Positions 1 through 9,014 of a stretch of 63,280 bases of DNA are shown in pieces. The stretch's first letter is position 1; each line of letters begins with the position of its first letter. The DNA comes from Candidatus Poribacteria bacterium. Its GTDB lineage: Bacteria > Poribacteria > WGA-4E > WGA-3G. Position numbers and translations under genes: made by a program. Where the stretch lies: positions 1 to 63,280 of the forward strand of contig JAJEBZ010000043.1 in assembly GCA_022822275.1 (NCBI GenBank), in the 5' to 3' direction. Below the pieces are notes generated by a model. That model was not told the DNA's origin and made no database searches. It saw only the letters and a list, made by a program, of their open reading frames with translations.

Positions 1-1
1 C

Positions 2-556
2 GGACTTGCTGATAGTTTTGTCATCGGTTATATCGGTAGACTAATTCAGATGAAAGGTGTTGATACACTTATTGAAGCGGCTGCAACACTCAACTTCCCT
101 TATAAACTCTTGCTCGTTGGTCAGGGAGAAGACAAACCAAAACTTCTTGAGTTAGCAGAAACACATCAAATTGCAGATAAAATTGTTTGGATTGATGTCG
201 TCCCGCCCGAAGAAGTTCCCGATTATCTCAACTGCATGGATACCCTTGTTTTGCCTTCCCGCACAACACCAGAATGGGTTGAGTTTTTCGGCAGAGTTTT
301 GATAGAGGGTATGGCGTGTGAAGTGCCAGTCATCGGATCAGACTCAGGTGAAATCCCACAAGTCATAGGTGATGCTGGTTTAGTCTTCCCAGAAGGAGAA
401 GCAGCTGCTTTAGCAGAAAAGATAAGCCAGATTGCATCCGATCCAACGCTTTGCCAAACCCTCCAAAAACGTGGTTTGGAACGGGTGCAGAATTTTACAT
501 GGGAAACAATAGCACAACGCACTTATGAAGTGTATCAAGAACTGTTAGCAGATTAG
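2..556 (+). CDS. Glycosyltransferase family 1 (GT4-like), C-terminal part; the 5' end lies outside the window
   Basis: Frame is open from base 2 (..FVIGYIGRLIQMKGVD..). EGMACEVPVIGSDSGEIPQVI matches the GT1/GT4 E-x7-E donor-binding region. Stop at 554-556. Confidence 0.85.
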   Translation, partial: GLADSFVIGYIGRLIQMKGVDTLIEAAATLNFPYKLLLVGQGEDKPKLLELAETHQIADKIVWIDVVPPEEVPDYLNCMDTLVLPSRTTPEWVEFFGRVLIEGMACEVPVIGSDSGEIPQVIGDAGLVFPEGEAAALAEKISQIASDPTLCQTLQKRGLERVQNFTWETIAQRTYEVYQELLAD

Positions 557-558
557 TT

Positions 559-718
559 TATAGTAAAACATATAATTAATGGGGAACTTTTGTAGCACAA
601 ACTGTTAGTTTGTGCAGATGCGGACACAAACTAACAGTTTGTGCTACAACACCCTCGGTAGGTTCGGTTTCCTAACCGAACCTAACATAATGTCCAATTA
701 ATTCTAAAGTCTACTATA
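559..718. repeat. MITE-like palindromic element, TATAGT family, copy 1
   Basis: Imperfect terminal inverted repeats: TATAGTAAAACATATAATTAATGGGGA ... ATGTCCAATTAATTCTAAAGTCTACTATA. Internal hairpins GTAGCACAAACTGTTAGTTTGTGC/GCACAAACTAACAGTTTGTGCTAC and GGTTCGGTTTCCTAACCGAACC. A near-identical copy lies at 9897-10056. Confidence 0.7.
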
Positions 719-780
719 AATGCGATAGGTTTACTTCACTGCAATCAAAACATGAGAACAATAGAAGCATCTGGGAAGAA

Positions 781-864
781 TGCCCCCGACTGGACTCGAA
801 CCAGCATGCCAATTAAGGCACAGGTCCTTAACCTGCTGTGTATACCAAATTCCACCACAGGGGC
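781..864 (-). tRNA. tRNA-Leu, type II with long variable arm; the anticodon loop reads UUAAGGA, so the anticodon appears to be AAG; no encoded CCA
   Basis: Reverse complement folds as acceptor GCCCCTG/CGGGGGC, D arm GTGG..ACAC with GG in the loop, anticodon stem GCAGG/CCTGT, variable arm GCC-TTAATT-GGC, and T arm GCTGG-TTCGAGT-CCAGT. Folded by hand. Confidence 0.85.
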
Positions 865-891
865 ATTTTAGACGTTTAGCACTTACTATAA

Positions 892-920
892 AGTATACCT
901 CTAAATAGGTAGAAAGTCAA
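892..920 (-). promoter_or_regulatory. Predicted sigma70-type promoter of tRNA-Leu
   Basis: Minus strand reads TTGACT, a 17 nt spacer, then TATACT, ending about 27 nt upstream of the tRNA 5' end. Confidence 0.5.
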
Positions 921-930
921 ATTTATTGCG

Positions 931-1127
931 GGTGTGTAAAGTTTTTGTCATCCTTTGTGTGCGGAATCACGGATTACGCGGATTTCACGGAGTGCGCGGA
1001 GAAGACCTCTGCATCTAATTGTCCTGCTTAGAGCACACTTATCCGCTGCCGGACGATCTCAGGCCGGTATCTTATCCGCGCACTCCGTGTAATCCGTGTA
1101 ATCCGTGAAATCCGCGATTCCGCACAC
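931..1127. repeat. Palindromic intergenic element: GGTGTGTAAAGTTTTTG border motif plus a long GTAATCCG-type hairpin
   Basis: Border motif at 931-947. Arms GTGTGCGGAATCACGGATTACGCGGATTTCACGGAGTGCGCGGA (957-1000) and TCCGCGCACTCCGTGTAATCCGTGTAATCCGTGAAATCCGCGATTCCGCACAC (1075-1127) are inverted repeats. Related copies at 18639-18869 and a fragment at 36975-37012. Confidence 0.7.
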
Positions 1128-1540
1128 AAAAAACCTATGAACAATCCCTCAAATCTATTAGATAGCTATTGGAAATCCCAATAAACAATCGCCAAAAAAC
1201 TACAAACCCTATCAAAAATCACATATAATAACTTAATCTTCATTCAGTTTGTGCTACAAAATGCCAAACCAACAAACTGGTCCAAAACATAAACAAAAAT
1301 ACACAACAAAAAAACGATAAAAAAGCCATTTAGTTGTTTTTTTTTAATTTCGCAAAAAATAAAAACCCTGCATAAACCCATACCACGACAAGATCGAGAA
1401 CACTTATGAAAAAATTACAAAAAACGCAAAAAAAACAACTAAAAAATTCCACGATTGAGATAGAGTTCACAAACAGAAACATTTTCTACCTACAGAAAAA
1501 GCAAAAACAGGGTTGAAAACACCTACTAAAACAGTACATT
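1128..1540 (+). other. Long A-rich, G-poor non-coding tract, upstream of and co-oriented with the gene at 1704
   Basis: Many A5-A8 runs and very few G. No ORF of 60 aa or more in any frame. Shares TTGGAAATCCCAATAA with the tract at 14190-14395 (reverse strand). A possible TTGACT-17-TATTCT promoter lies at about 1574-1602. Confidence 0.5.
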
Positions 1541-1703
1541 TCAACCATTGAATGTCTCTGAGTGCTATAGTTATTTTCTTGACTTTTGAGTGTATTGGTG
1601 TTATTCTCTAATTGCGTTTAGGATTTGAAATCGCATTTATTAACTCTATAGACTTTTAGCCACTTTTTTACTGTCTGACAGCAAAATATTACGAGGAATA
1701 ATA

Positions 1704-2270
1704 ATGGAAAAACTACACGAAAACCCGTTTGTTGTCCATGAACTGGAACGTATTCTCAAAGAAGATTATCCATTCTTGGAATATAGTGAGCAGGTGTCTA
1801 AAAAATTGTCAGAAGATTTTTTGGAGCGAGTGAGAAGTGATGAACTATATGTCCGAGTAATACCCAAAATGGAGCGGACAGAACGTAACGGAAGTGTTAT
1901 TGAAGATATAAGTGATAAGTTATCCCAAGTGACACAAATACAGTTTATGTCAACAGTATGCCCTCCAGCACGGTACTACAAAAGCGGTTATGAAAGCTCT
2001 CGGCAAAATGTAGATACTGAGTGGACTGCGTTTCGTTTATACAAAGCAATGATAAACCAAGACCCCAACATTCACCACGGAGCAACAGTATTTATCGGCA
2101 CTCGGGTGCCGATACAGTCGCTAATTCACCATCTAAAAGCAGGAGATAGCCTTGATGACTTTCTTGATGGGTTCACTTCTGTGTCGGAAGATCAGGCAAT
2201 CGCATTTTTAGAGTTCGCGTTGACAACAGCAATTGAAGCATACGCACAACAAGATAGGAAATCAAAGTGA
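1704..2270 (+). CDS. DUF433-domain protein (antitoxin-like) with a ~120 aa N-terminal extension of unknown function
   Basis: C-terminus HHGATVFIGTRVPIQSLIHHLKAGDSLDDFLDGFTSVSEDQAIAFLEFA fits the DUF433/COG2442 pattern. GAGGA ribosome-binding site before the ATG. Confidence 0.7.
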   Translation: MEKLHENPFVVHELERILKEDYPFLEYSEQVSKKLSEDFLERVRSDELYVRVIPKMERTERNGSVIEDISDKLSQVTQIQFMSTVCPPARYYKSGYESSRQNVDTEWTAFRLYKAMINQDPNIHHGATVFIGTRVPIQSLIHHLKAGDSLDDFLDGFTSVSEDQAIAFLEFALTTAIEAYAQQDRKSK

Positions 2271-2271
2271 C

Positions 2272-2406
2272 ATGCGCGTTCTACTTGACGAAAACTTAAA
2301 CTGGCGATTGATCGGAAATATGTACCATCTACGAGATCGGATTCCTCTAAAGATTTACTGGTGGAAAGGGCACGGAAAACCTAAACTTTTACAAGAACTA
2401 AAATAA
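2272..2406 (+). pseudogene. Truncated DUF5615/COG4634-like (PIN-like toxin) remnant, 44 codons
   Basis: ATG lies 1 nt after the DUF433 stop. The product starts MRVLLDENLNWRL, the typical DUF5615 N-terminus, then ends after 44 aa. My recollection is that intact family members are over 100 aa. Confidence 0.45.
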
Positions 2407-2423
2407 TATAGAAGGAGATAATA

Positions 2424-2960
2424 ATGAAATTGCGTTTTTGTGAATCCGAAATACCATACTATGCAAAGCGGTTCCTTGAATATTTTTCTAATTACGAGGC
2501 ACAATTCGAGCTTGAACAAGAATTAACAAATAAAACTCTGGTTGACAAAGTGCAACAACAAGAATATCTTGACCTAAACTTATTGAAAAAGGTTGCATAC
2601 TGGAAGTCGCCAAGGCGTGCTGATCGCATCGATTTAAATAGTGAAAGCGATGTAAAAGAAATTACGCACTACGCATTTACAACCCAAAGCGAACGCGTCA
2701 GATACGGGATATTACAACTTCTGGATGGTGTTAGGTTACCAATAGCCTCTGTGATCCTTCAATTCTATCACAAAGAACCTTATCCAATTATAGATGTCCG
2801 TGCTTTGTGGTCTATTGGGATAGATAAAAAAGGTAATAATTATCCATTCCCATTCTGGCAGAAGTATGTGGCTTTTTGTAGAGACCTTGCCAAAAGAAAC
2901 AACGTTGATATGCGAACCTTGGATAGAGCACTCTGGCAGTATTCAAGAGAAAACCAATAA
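2424..2960 (+). CDS. Hypothetical protein; possible helix-hairpin-helix / OGG-fold-like motif
   Basis: GGAGA ribosome-binding site. LLDGVRLPIASVILQFYHKEPYPIIDVRALW resembles the GV-x-P-x-AS-x-IL..P..YPI-D segment of HhH-type proteins. No catalytic residues could be assigned. Confidence 0.55.
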   Translation: MKLRFCESEIPYYAKRFLEYFSNYEAQFELEQELTNKTLVDKVQQQEYLDLNLLKKVAYWKSPRRADRIDLNSESDVKEITHYAFTTQSERVRYGILQLLDGVRLPIASVILQFYHKEPYPIIDVRALWSIGIDKKGNNYPFPFWQKYVAFCRDLAKRNNVDMRTLDRALWQYSRENQ

Positions 2961-2976
2961 TGAAAGGAAATTCGAC

Positions 2977-3489
2977 ATGACAGATCATAACACTTGGACA
3001 GCAGAGACGTTTCTCTACGATAAATTATTAACGGCACGAGCTCTAACTTCTGGTCGTAGAGGAAGCTCACCTATTGATGTCTATGATAGCTATCGGCAAA
3101 GAGATGTCGACATAGACACCTTATGCAATCTGGGGGCTGACATTATGACTATTGTTGAAGCATCCGGGTTAGAAGGTATTGAACCACACTTTCTGAAATG
3201 GTGCGTTTGGTGGCGTTTAAAAAATCAAAATCTCTTTGGTATACACATTACTTCAACAAAACCCCGATTGATGTTTGAGGGTTTATGGTGGGAATACTTA
3301 AGAGACGTTTGTTCAGAGTATGAGTTCACGCCTTATAGGCAATTTCAAGCAGAAGTCTGTCAACGGGATGTAACAGTGCAAGAGCTTGAGGGTGCTTTTA
3401 TAGACAAATTGTGCGATGTAGTATCTGAACAAGATGTCGATTTGGTTGATCACTTAAATAATCTTACAATCAATTGGGCAAAGCGGTAG
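2977..3489 (+). CDS. Hypothetical protein (170 aa, Trp-rich)
   Basis: An internal ATG at 2977 preceded by GAAAGGAAA avoids the overlap created by the 2866 start. No recognisable motif. Confidence 0.55.
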   Translation: MTDHNTWTAETFLYDKLLTARALTSGRRGSSPIDVYDSYRQRDVDIDTLCNLGADIMTIVEASGLEGIEPHFLKWCVWWRLKNQNLFGIHITSTKPRLMFEGLWWEYLRDVCSEYEFTPYRQFQAEVCQRDVTVQELEGAFIDKLCDVVSEQDVDLVDHLNNLTINWAKR

Positions 3490-3638
3490 CGAAATCCGAG
3501 AAAAGTGTGAGGTAATATAATGCAAGCATTGGCACAGATTGAAAGAAAAACAGAATTACAACTCACCGATGAGGTTAAACTACGTATTGGTATTGCGCGG
3601 TATATCCCTTAGGATCAACGCATAGGAACACAAAACAG

Positions 3639-6572
3639 ATGCAAAATTCTGACCCAGCATTAGAACAACTTATCACGAAAGAAATTGAGGGAGAAGTGCG
3701 CTTTGACGCATACTCAAAAGCACTATACAGCACGGATGCAAGCCTCTACCAAATAGAACCCATCGGTGTTGTTGTTCCCAAACACAAACAAGATGTCATC
3801 AAGACAATCCAGATCGCTGCTGAACACAAAATCCCTATACTGCCTCGCGGTGGCGGAACAAGTCTTGCAGGACAGTGTGTCGGCAAAGCAATTGTCATAG
3901 ACATGTCCAAATACATGAATCAGTTGATTGAAGTAAACGCAGCTGAACACTGGGCGCGCGTTGAACCGGGAATCGTTCTTGACGAATTAAATCATCAACT
4001 CAAACCACATGGACTCATGTATGCTCCCGATGTAGCGACCAGTAGTCGCGCAAACGTCGGCGGTACCATCGGCAATAACTCTGCGGGGTCACACTCTCTC
4101 ATATACGGCAAGACAATTGATCATGTGATGTCGTTAGACCTTGTTCTTGCAAACGGAGATGAAATCACTGCTGCCCCACTATCCTTCCCGGAAGTCGCAG
4201 CCAAAAAGGAAGGTAATACCTTAGAAGCACAAATCTATAGAGAACTCTGCAGAATTTGCGATGAGAATGCAGATGAAATTCGTAAACGTTATCCCCGAAT
4301 TTTACGTAGAGTCGCAGGTTATAACCTTGATGAATATGTCTCGGATGCCGGTTCAAAAGAGGTAACCCCCTACCGTCGTGACGGATGCGATGCCCACCGT
4401 CCTTTCAGTCTCTCGAAAATTGTTGTCGGGTCCGAAGGCACTTTAGCAACCACTGTTGAGGCGAAAGTTAATCTTGTTCCCATTCCCAAAATGACCTGTC
4501 TATGCGTTGTTCATTTTAAGTCGCTCATCGCTGCTATGGAGGCAATGCAACCCATCTTAGACTGCAAGCCAACCGCAGTAGAACTCATTGACAAAACAAT
4601 TCTGGGAATGGCACAAGGCTCTTTGGAATTCTCACGATTAACAAGCTTTATTCAAGGTGAACCGGAAGCACTGTTGGCAGTGGAATTTTACGGAGAAACC
4701 GAAACTGAACTACACGAACAAATTGATCATCTCGAAAAGACCTTGAAAAGAGCTGAATTCGGATATGCGTATGTGCGATGTTTTACTGCAGAAGAAAAAG
4801 CACGTGTCTGGGAAACACGAAAAGCGGGGCTCGGTTTATTGATGGGAATGAAAGGCGATGCAAAACCGATCGGCTTTGTGGAGGATGCTGCTGTCCCTAT
4901 AAAAAACTTACCTGAATACGTCCGCAGATTCGATGAAATCGTCACACGTCATGACACAACCGCCTCTTACTACGCACATGCAAGCGTTGGATTACTACAC
5001 AACAGACCCGTAATCAATCTCAAATCCGAATCAGATATCCAAAAAATGCATAACATCGCACGCGAGGTACGAGACCTACTTATGGACCTAAACGGTGCAA
5101 TGAGTGGAGAACATGGAGATGGACTTGTCCGAAGTGAATGGATTGAAAGCATGTTCGGTCCTAAGATTTACCAAGCACTCCGTGAAGTCAAAAACGCTTT
5201 TGATCCTGACGGAATTATGAACCCAGGCAAAATCATTGATCCCCCACCGATGACAGAAAACCTACGTTTCGGTGCAAAATACAATACCATCAAAATTGAT
5301 ACATACTTTGATTTCTCATCACAAGACGGTTTCGGCAGATCCATTGAAATGTGCAACGGTGTCGGTGCGTGCCGAAAAACATTGACAGGTACCATGTGTC
5401 CCTCCTTCATCGCAACACGCGAAGAGGAACACTCAACACGCGGGCGCGCAAACGCACTACGGCTGGTGATCTCCGGTGCTTTACCCCACACTGACTTAAC
5501 AAGTCAACGTCTATATGATGTCCTTGACTTGTGCCTCGGTTGCAAAGCATGCAAGGCAGAATGTCCCTCTAATGTTGACATGGCGAAAATAAAATACGAA
5601 GTGCTTGCACATTACCGAAAGGCAAACGGACTCCCGCTCCGAAATAGACTTTTTGGTGAAATCGGTTCACTTGCAGTTCTCGGCTCAACATTCGCGCCAG
5701 TCTCCAATTGGGCAACGAACAACCCACTTTCCAAGTGGATAGCAGAAAAACTGATGGGGATCGATCAACGCAGGGATATGCCTACCTTTGTCCATCAAAC
5801 CTTTGAAAAATGGTTCAGTAAACGAAAATCAACGCAAACTTCCGACAAAAAAGTTGTGCTATTTCACGACACCTTTATGAACTATAGTGAACCAGATATC
5901 GGCAAAGCAGCCACACACGTTTTAGAATCCGCAGGTTATGAAGTCATCCTACCAAAGAAAAAATGTTGTGGTAGACCGCTTATCTCTGAAGGTATGCTTG
6001 ACAGAGCGATAGAAAACGCTAACCATAATATTGAACAACTCCAAACTTACGTTGAAGCAGGAATACCAATTGTAGGATGTGAACCGAGTTGCACCTCCGC
6101 TTTGACCGATGATTATGTTGATCTTATTGGAACAGCAAGAGCAAAACGCGTTGCTGAGTCTACATACGCGCTTGAGGAGTTTCTACTTCATGAGCATGAA
6201 AAAGGCGAACTCACACTCACTTATGAAACAGAACCACGCGATATTCTATTGCACGGACACTGCCACCAGCGAGCACTGTCAGGCATCAACCCAGTATTGA
6301 ATATGCTTGAATTACCAAAAGCACACAATGTCACTGTCATCGATTCCAGTTGCTGCGGTATGGCGGGCTCATTCGGTTATGAAAAGTCACACTACGATAT
6401 CTCTATGAATATTGGTGAACTACGACTTTTCCCACACATCCGAGAAAAAACAGGAGAATATACACTGACAGCGTCAGGTTTCTCCTGCAGACATCAAATA
6501 GAACACGGAACCGGTATCTTACCAAAGCACCCAATTGAAGTACTAAGTGAAGCAATTAAAACCAATATATAA
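3639..6572 (+). CDS. FAD-linked oxidase fused to 4Fe-4S/CCG domains (YdiJ / GlcD-GlcF-fusion type 2-hydroxyacid dehydrogenase)
   Basis: N-terminal FAD-binding PCMH pattern (PRGGGTSLAGQ), central FAD-oxidase C domain, ferredoxin-type Cys clusters (CxxCxxCxxxCP, e.g. CLGCKACKAECP) and two C-terminal CCG motifs (KKCCGRP, SCCGMAG). Confidence 0.85.
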   Translation: MQNSDPALEQLITKEIEGEVRFDAYSKALYSTDASLYQIEPIGVVVPKHKQDVIKTIQIAAEHKIPILPRGGGTSLAGQCVGKAIVIDMSKYMNQLIEVNAAEHWARVEPGIVLDELNHQLKPHGLMYAPDVATSSRANVGGTIGNNSAGSHSLIYGKTIDHVMSLDLVLANGDEITAAPLSFPEVAAKKEGNTLEAQIYRELCRICDENADEIRKRYPRILRRVAGYNLDEYVSDAGSKEVTPYRRDGCDAHRPFSLSKIVVGSEGTLATTVEAKVNLVPIPKMTCLCVVHFKSLIAAMEAMQPILDCKPTAVELIDKTILGMAQGSLEFSRLTSFIQGEPEALLAVEFYGETETELHEQIDHLEKTLKRAEFGYAYVRCFTAEEKARVWETRKAGLGLLMGMKGDAKPIGFVEDAAVPIKNLPEYVRRFDEIVTRHDTTASYYAHASVGLLHNRPVINLKSESDIQKMHNIAREVRDLLMDLNGAMSGEHGDGLVRSEWIESMFGPKIYQALREVKNAFDPDGIMNPGKIIDPPPMTENLRFGAKYNTIKIDTYFDFSSQDGFGRSIEMCNGVGACRKTLTGTMCPSFIATREEEHSTRGRANALRLVISGALPHTDLTSQRLYDVLDLCLGCKACKAECPSNVDMAKIKYEVLAHYRKANGLPLRNRLFGEIGSLAVLGSTFAPVSNWATNNPLSKWIAEKLMGIDQRRDMPTFVHQTFEKWFSKRKSTQTSDKKVVLFHDTFMNYSEPDIGKAATHVLESAGYEVILPKKKCCGRPLISEGMLDRAIENANHNIEQLQTYVEAGIPIVGCEPSCTSALTDDYVDLIGTARAKRVAESTYALEEFLLHEHEKGELTLTYETEPRDILLHGHCHQRALSGINPVLNMLELPKAHNVTVIDSSCCGMAGSFGYEKSHYDISMNIGELRLFPHIREKTGEYTLTASGFSCRHQIEHGTGILPKHPIEVLSEAIKTNI

Positions 6573-6605
6573 AATGTTATCAGTGACATTACTAAGGAAA
6601 ATAAT

Positions 6606-8045
6606 ATGGCAAAAATATTTGAACCACTTGACGACTTTAAAACTGTTGACTTACCCGAAAAACAGCTACCATTTTGGAAAATAGCTGGCCCAGGTGCTAT
6701 CTTAGTTGGCTTATCTATTGGGGCAGGGGAAATTGTAATATGGCCCCGAATCGCCTCACAATACGGCGGTAGTATGGTCTGGGCAGCTGTCCTCGGTGTT
6801 TTTCTACAACTCTGGATCAACTTTGAAGTCGGCAGATGGACAATAGCAACTGGCGAAACAGTCTACACTGGTTATAGCCGTATTTGGCGTGGTTTTGCAC
6901 CACTGTTTATCTTGCTCACCGTTGTGGGGTGGATCGCCCCCGGTTGGGCACGCGCATCCGGCCTCGCACTCAAAGCACTCCTCATTGGACCTAATGGTTG
7001 GGGTTCAGATACTTTCTGGACAGTCGTTACATTCGCAGCTGTCGCTCTAATTCTATTCGGTCCAAAAATGGTTTACAAATCTGTAGAAAACACGGTAGAA
7101 CTGCTGGTCGCAATTGTTACAATCGGACTGATCCTGGTCGTCATCGCTGTAGGTTCGCTTGATACATGGAAAGAATTGGGAGCTGGTCTAATAAACGTTG
7201 GACATGTAGCAGAAGGAATGAATATCAAGGACCTTTTTATTGCAGTGGTTTTCGCTGGGGCAGGAGGCACTGCAAACCTATTTTATACTTTCTACCTTCG
7301 AGACAAAGATATCGGTATGGGCGCGCGTTTGCCGTCACTCTTAAATCCCCTACGAGGACGAGACGAAACCGTACCTTCAACAGGATACCTATTTGAAGAA
7401 ACCGAAGAAAACAAACATCGATTCGCTGCATGGTGGAAGTATATAAAACAGGACCAAATGCTATTCTTTTGGGCACTCAATACCATCACCATGATGCTAT
7501 TCATTTTTGGAGCTCTCGCTGTTTTACACCCAAAAGGTATTGTACCACAAGCAGGACAACTCATCTATGACGAAGCAAATATACTAAAAGACATCTGGGG
7601 AATGCCAGGGCAATATATCTTTTTACTCGTCGGTGTGGCAACGCTTTTTGGAACACAACTCGCACTCGTTGACGGTGTCGGAAGGTCCATATCTGATATA
7701 ATCTATACCAACTTTAAGGGGGCAAAAAAACGCACTCTAAGCTGGTGGTATCTGCTTGTAATAGGTATATGGATCGTCGCTGGATGTGTGATAACTTTTG
7801 TGATGGAACAGTTAAACGTAAGCGAGCTCGGATTCCTTTTCAGCGCAGCATATATGGGGGGTTTTGCTATGGCAATTTATGTCCCACTTACGTTATATAT
7901 GAATAGACGTTATTTACCAAGTTTCGCCAAACCCAAAAAAATATCAACAACAATGATGTTGATCGCTTCGGCTGTATATATTGGCTTCGCTATTTCAAGT
8001 ATTGTATGGGAAATTAACCGACTCACTGGAGGAATAAATGGATAA
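6606..8045 (+). CDS. Nramp-superfamily-like polytopic membrane transporter, substrate unknown
   Basis: About 11-12 hydrophobic segments. GPGAILVGLSIGAGEIVIWPRIASQYG..LWINFEVGRWTIATGET resembles Nramp-related transporters but lacks the canonical DPGN motif. Confidence 0.55.
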   Translation: MAKIFEPLDDFKTVDLPEKQLPFWKIAGPGAILVGLSIGAGEIVIWPRIASQYGGSMVWAAVLGVFLQLWINFEVGRWTIATGETVYTGYSRIWRGFAPLFILLTVVGWIAPGWARASGLALKALLIGPNGWGSDTFWTVVTFAAVALILFGPKMVYKSVENTVELLVAIVTIGLILVVIAVGSLDTWKELGAGLINVGHVAEGMNIKDLFIAVVFAGAGGTANLFYTFYLRDKDIGMGARLPSLLNPLRGRDETVPSTGYLFEETEENKHRFAAWWKYIKQDQMLFFWALNTITMMLFIFGALAVLHPKGIVPQAGQLIYDEANILKDIWGMPGQYIFLLVGVATLFGTQLALVDGVGRSISDIIYTNFKGAKKRTLSWWYLLVIGIWIVAGCVITFVMEQLNVSELGFLFSAAYMGGFAMAIYVPLTLYMNRRYLPSFAKPKKISTTMMLIASAVYIGFAISSIVWEINRLTGGING

Positions 8046-8859
8046 GAACTCACAAAAAAACTTTTTTGAGAAAGAAGGTTATCTCGTTGTCGAAAATTTA
8101 TTGTCACCTGCAGAGGTAGAGGAATGCCAAGCAGAGATTCAACTACTACATGAGTTTGCCGCAGGGCAAGAATCGGAAGCAGAAAAGGAACGCGCTGATG
8201 TCGCACGCAGGCACGTACAACGTGAACCTTTCGCACAAGACGAAACACAAGGTGACAAATTACCTGTACTGCGAAAAGCAGAAAATACGCGCCAATACTC
8301 AGATGTGTTTAAGAATTTGGCACAACACCCAAACCTTATCGCAGTCCTTCAAAACCTTATCGGAGAAGACCTGATCCTCTTCAGAAGCACATTGATGTTC
8401 AAACCCGCTTACCACGGCTCATCACACGGACTACACCAAGATTCAGCATATTGGCCAATGGAACCACCGAGATTAGTAACCGTCAGTATTGCCCTCAACG
8501 ATGCTAACATAGATAACGGTTGTTTCAAAGTTGTACCGCGTAGTCACTTATGGGGTGTACAAGAGTGGGGTGGAATCGCACGACAACAAGATGCCGAACT
8601 CACCGATCGAAAGGATGTTGCAAAGCAGCAGATGGACGTACCACTTTCGGCAGGCAGCGCGTTGTTCTTCCACAGCCTAATGGTGCACGGTTCCGGCCCA
8701 AACGCTTCACCCCGACCGAGAAACACCGCACTTTACGCATATTTTTCACCAGAAGTCAGGTATGTTACCAAAGACGGTAGAGGTGAGCGCACATTCCCTG
8801 TCGTAGCAGGCCTCGACGGAAAAACCGAAATCACTTTTACTGCACAGAAAGCATCATAG
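8038..8859 (+). CDS. Phytanoyl-CoA dioxygenase (PhyH) family Fe(II)/2OG oxygenase
   Basis: FFEKEGYLVVENLL start, HQD metal motif (GLHQDSAYWP), VPRSH and distal HGSGPN. The ATG overlaps the upstream stop by 8 nt. Confidence 0.8.
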   Translation: MDKNSQKNFFEKEGYLVVENLLSPAEVEECQAEIQLLHEFAAGQESEAEKERADVARRHVQREPFAQDETQGDKLPVLRKAENTRQYSDVFKNLAQHPNLIAVLQNLIGEDLILFRSTLMFKPAYHGSSHGLHQDSAYWPMEPPRLVTVSIALNDANIDNGCFKVVPRSHLWGVQEWGGIARQQDAELTDRKDVAKQQMDVPLSAGSALFFHSLMVHGSGPNASPRPRNTALYAYFSPEVRYVTKDGRGERTFPVVAGLDGKTEITFTAQKAS

Positions 8860-8877
8860 ATATACAAGTGCAAAAAA

Positions 8878-8920
8878 TTGGGTGTGTACACACAAGGCAC
8901 ACATCCAATTTCTTCTCTTA
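8878..8920. terminator. Possible bidirectional terminator hairpin between convergent genes
   Basis: TTGGGTGTG ... CACATCCAA stem with one mismatch, followed by TTTCTTCTCTT. Confidence 0.35.
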
Positions 8921-9014
8921 TACCAAATTAACACGAAGCGTAGCGCGAGGTCTCTGTGCCTCGCAATACTGACCTTATCAGAAAAATAATAATCCCGTTA
9001 ACTTGGTATTATAT

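Noticed and set aside
1128-1540. A-rich tract as eukaryotic poly(A)/contaminant sequence or as a degenerate coding region
   Set aside because: It is flanked on both sides by clearly bacterial features. Two more tracts have the same architecture elsewhere in the contig, and stops occur in all frames.
557-1703. Integrated island or integrase next to tRNA-Leu
   Set aside because: I looked for an integrase gene or a direct repeat of the tRNA 3' end on both sides. I found only MITE-like repeats and the A-rich tract, and no coding capacity.
2866-2976. Upstream start giving a 207-aa product that overlaps the preceding gene by 95 nt
   Set aside because: The internal ATG at 2977 has a good ribosome-binding site and removes the overlap. 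The extra N-terminal residues look like out-of-frame read-through of the previous gene.
3520-3612. 30-codon ORF (MQALAQIERKTELQLTDEVKLRIGIARYIP)
   Set aside because: It is too short, has no recognisable motif and only a weak ribosome-binding site. I noted it only as a possible gene remnant.
6494-6820. 108-aa minus-strand ORF spanning the junction of two plus-strand genes
   Set aside because: It overlaps the 3' end of the FAD-oxidase gene and the 5' end of the transporter gene. It has no support beyond being open.
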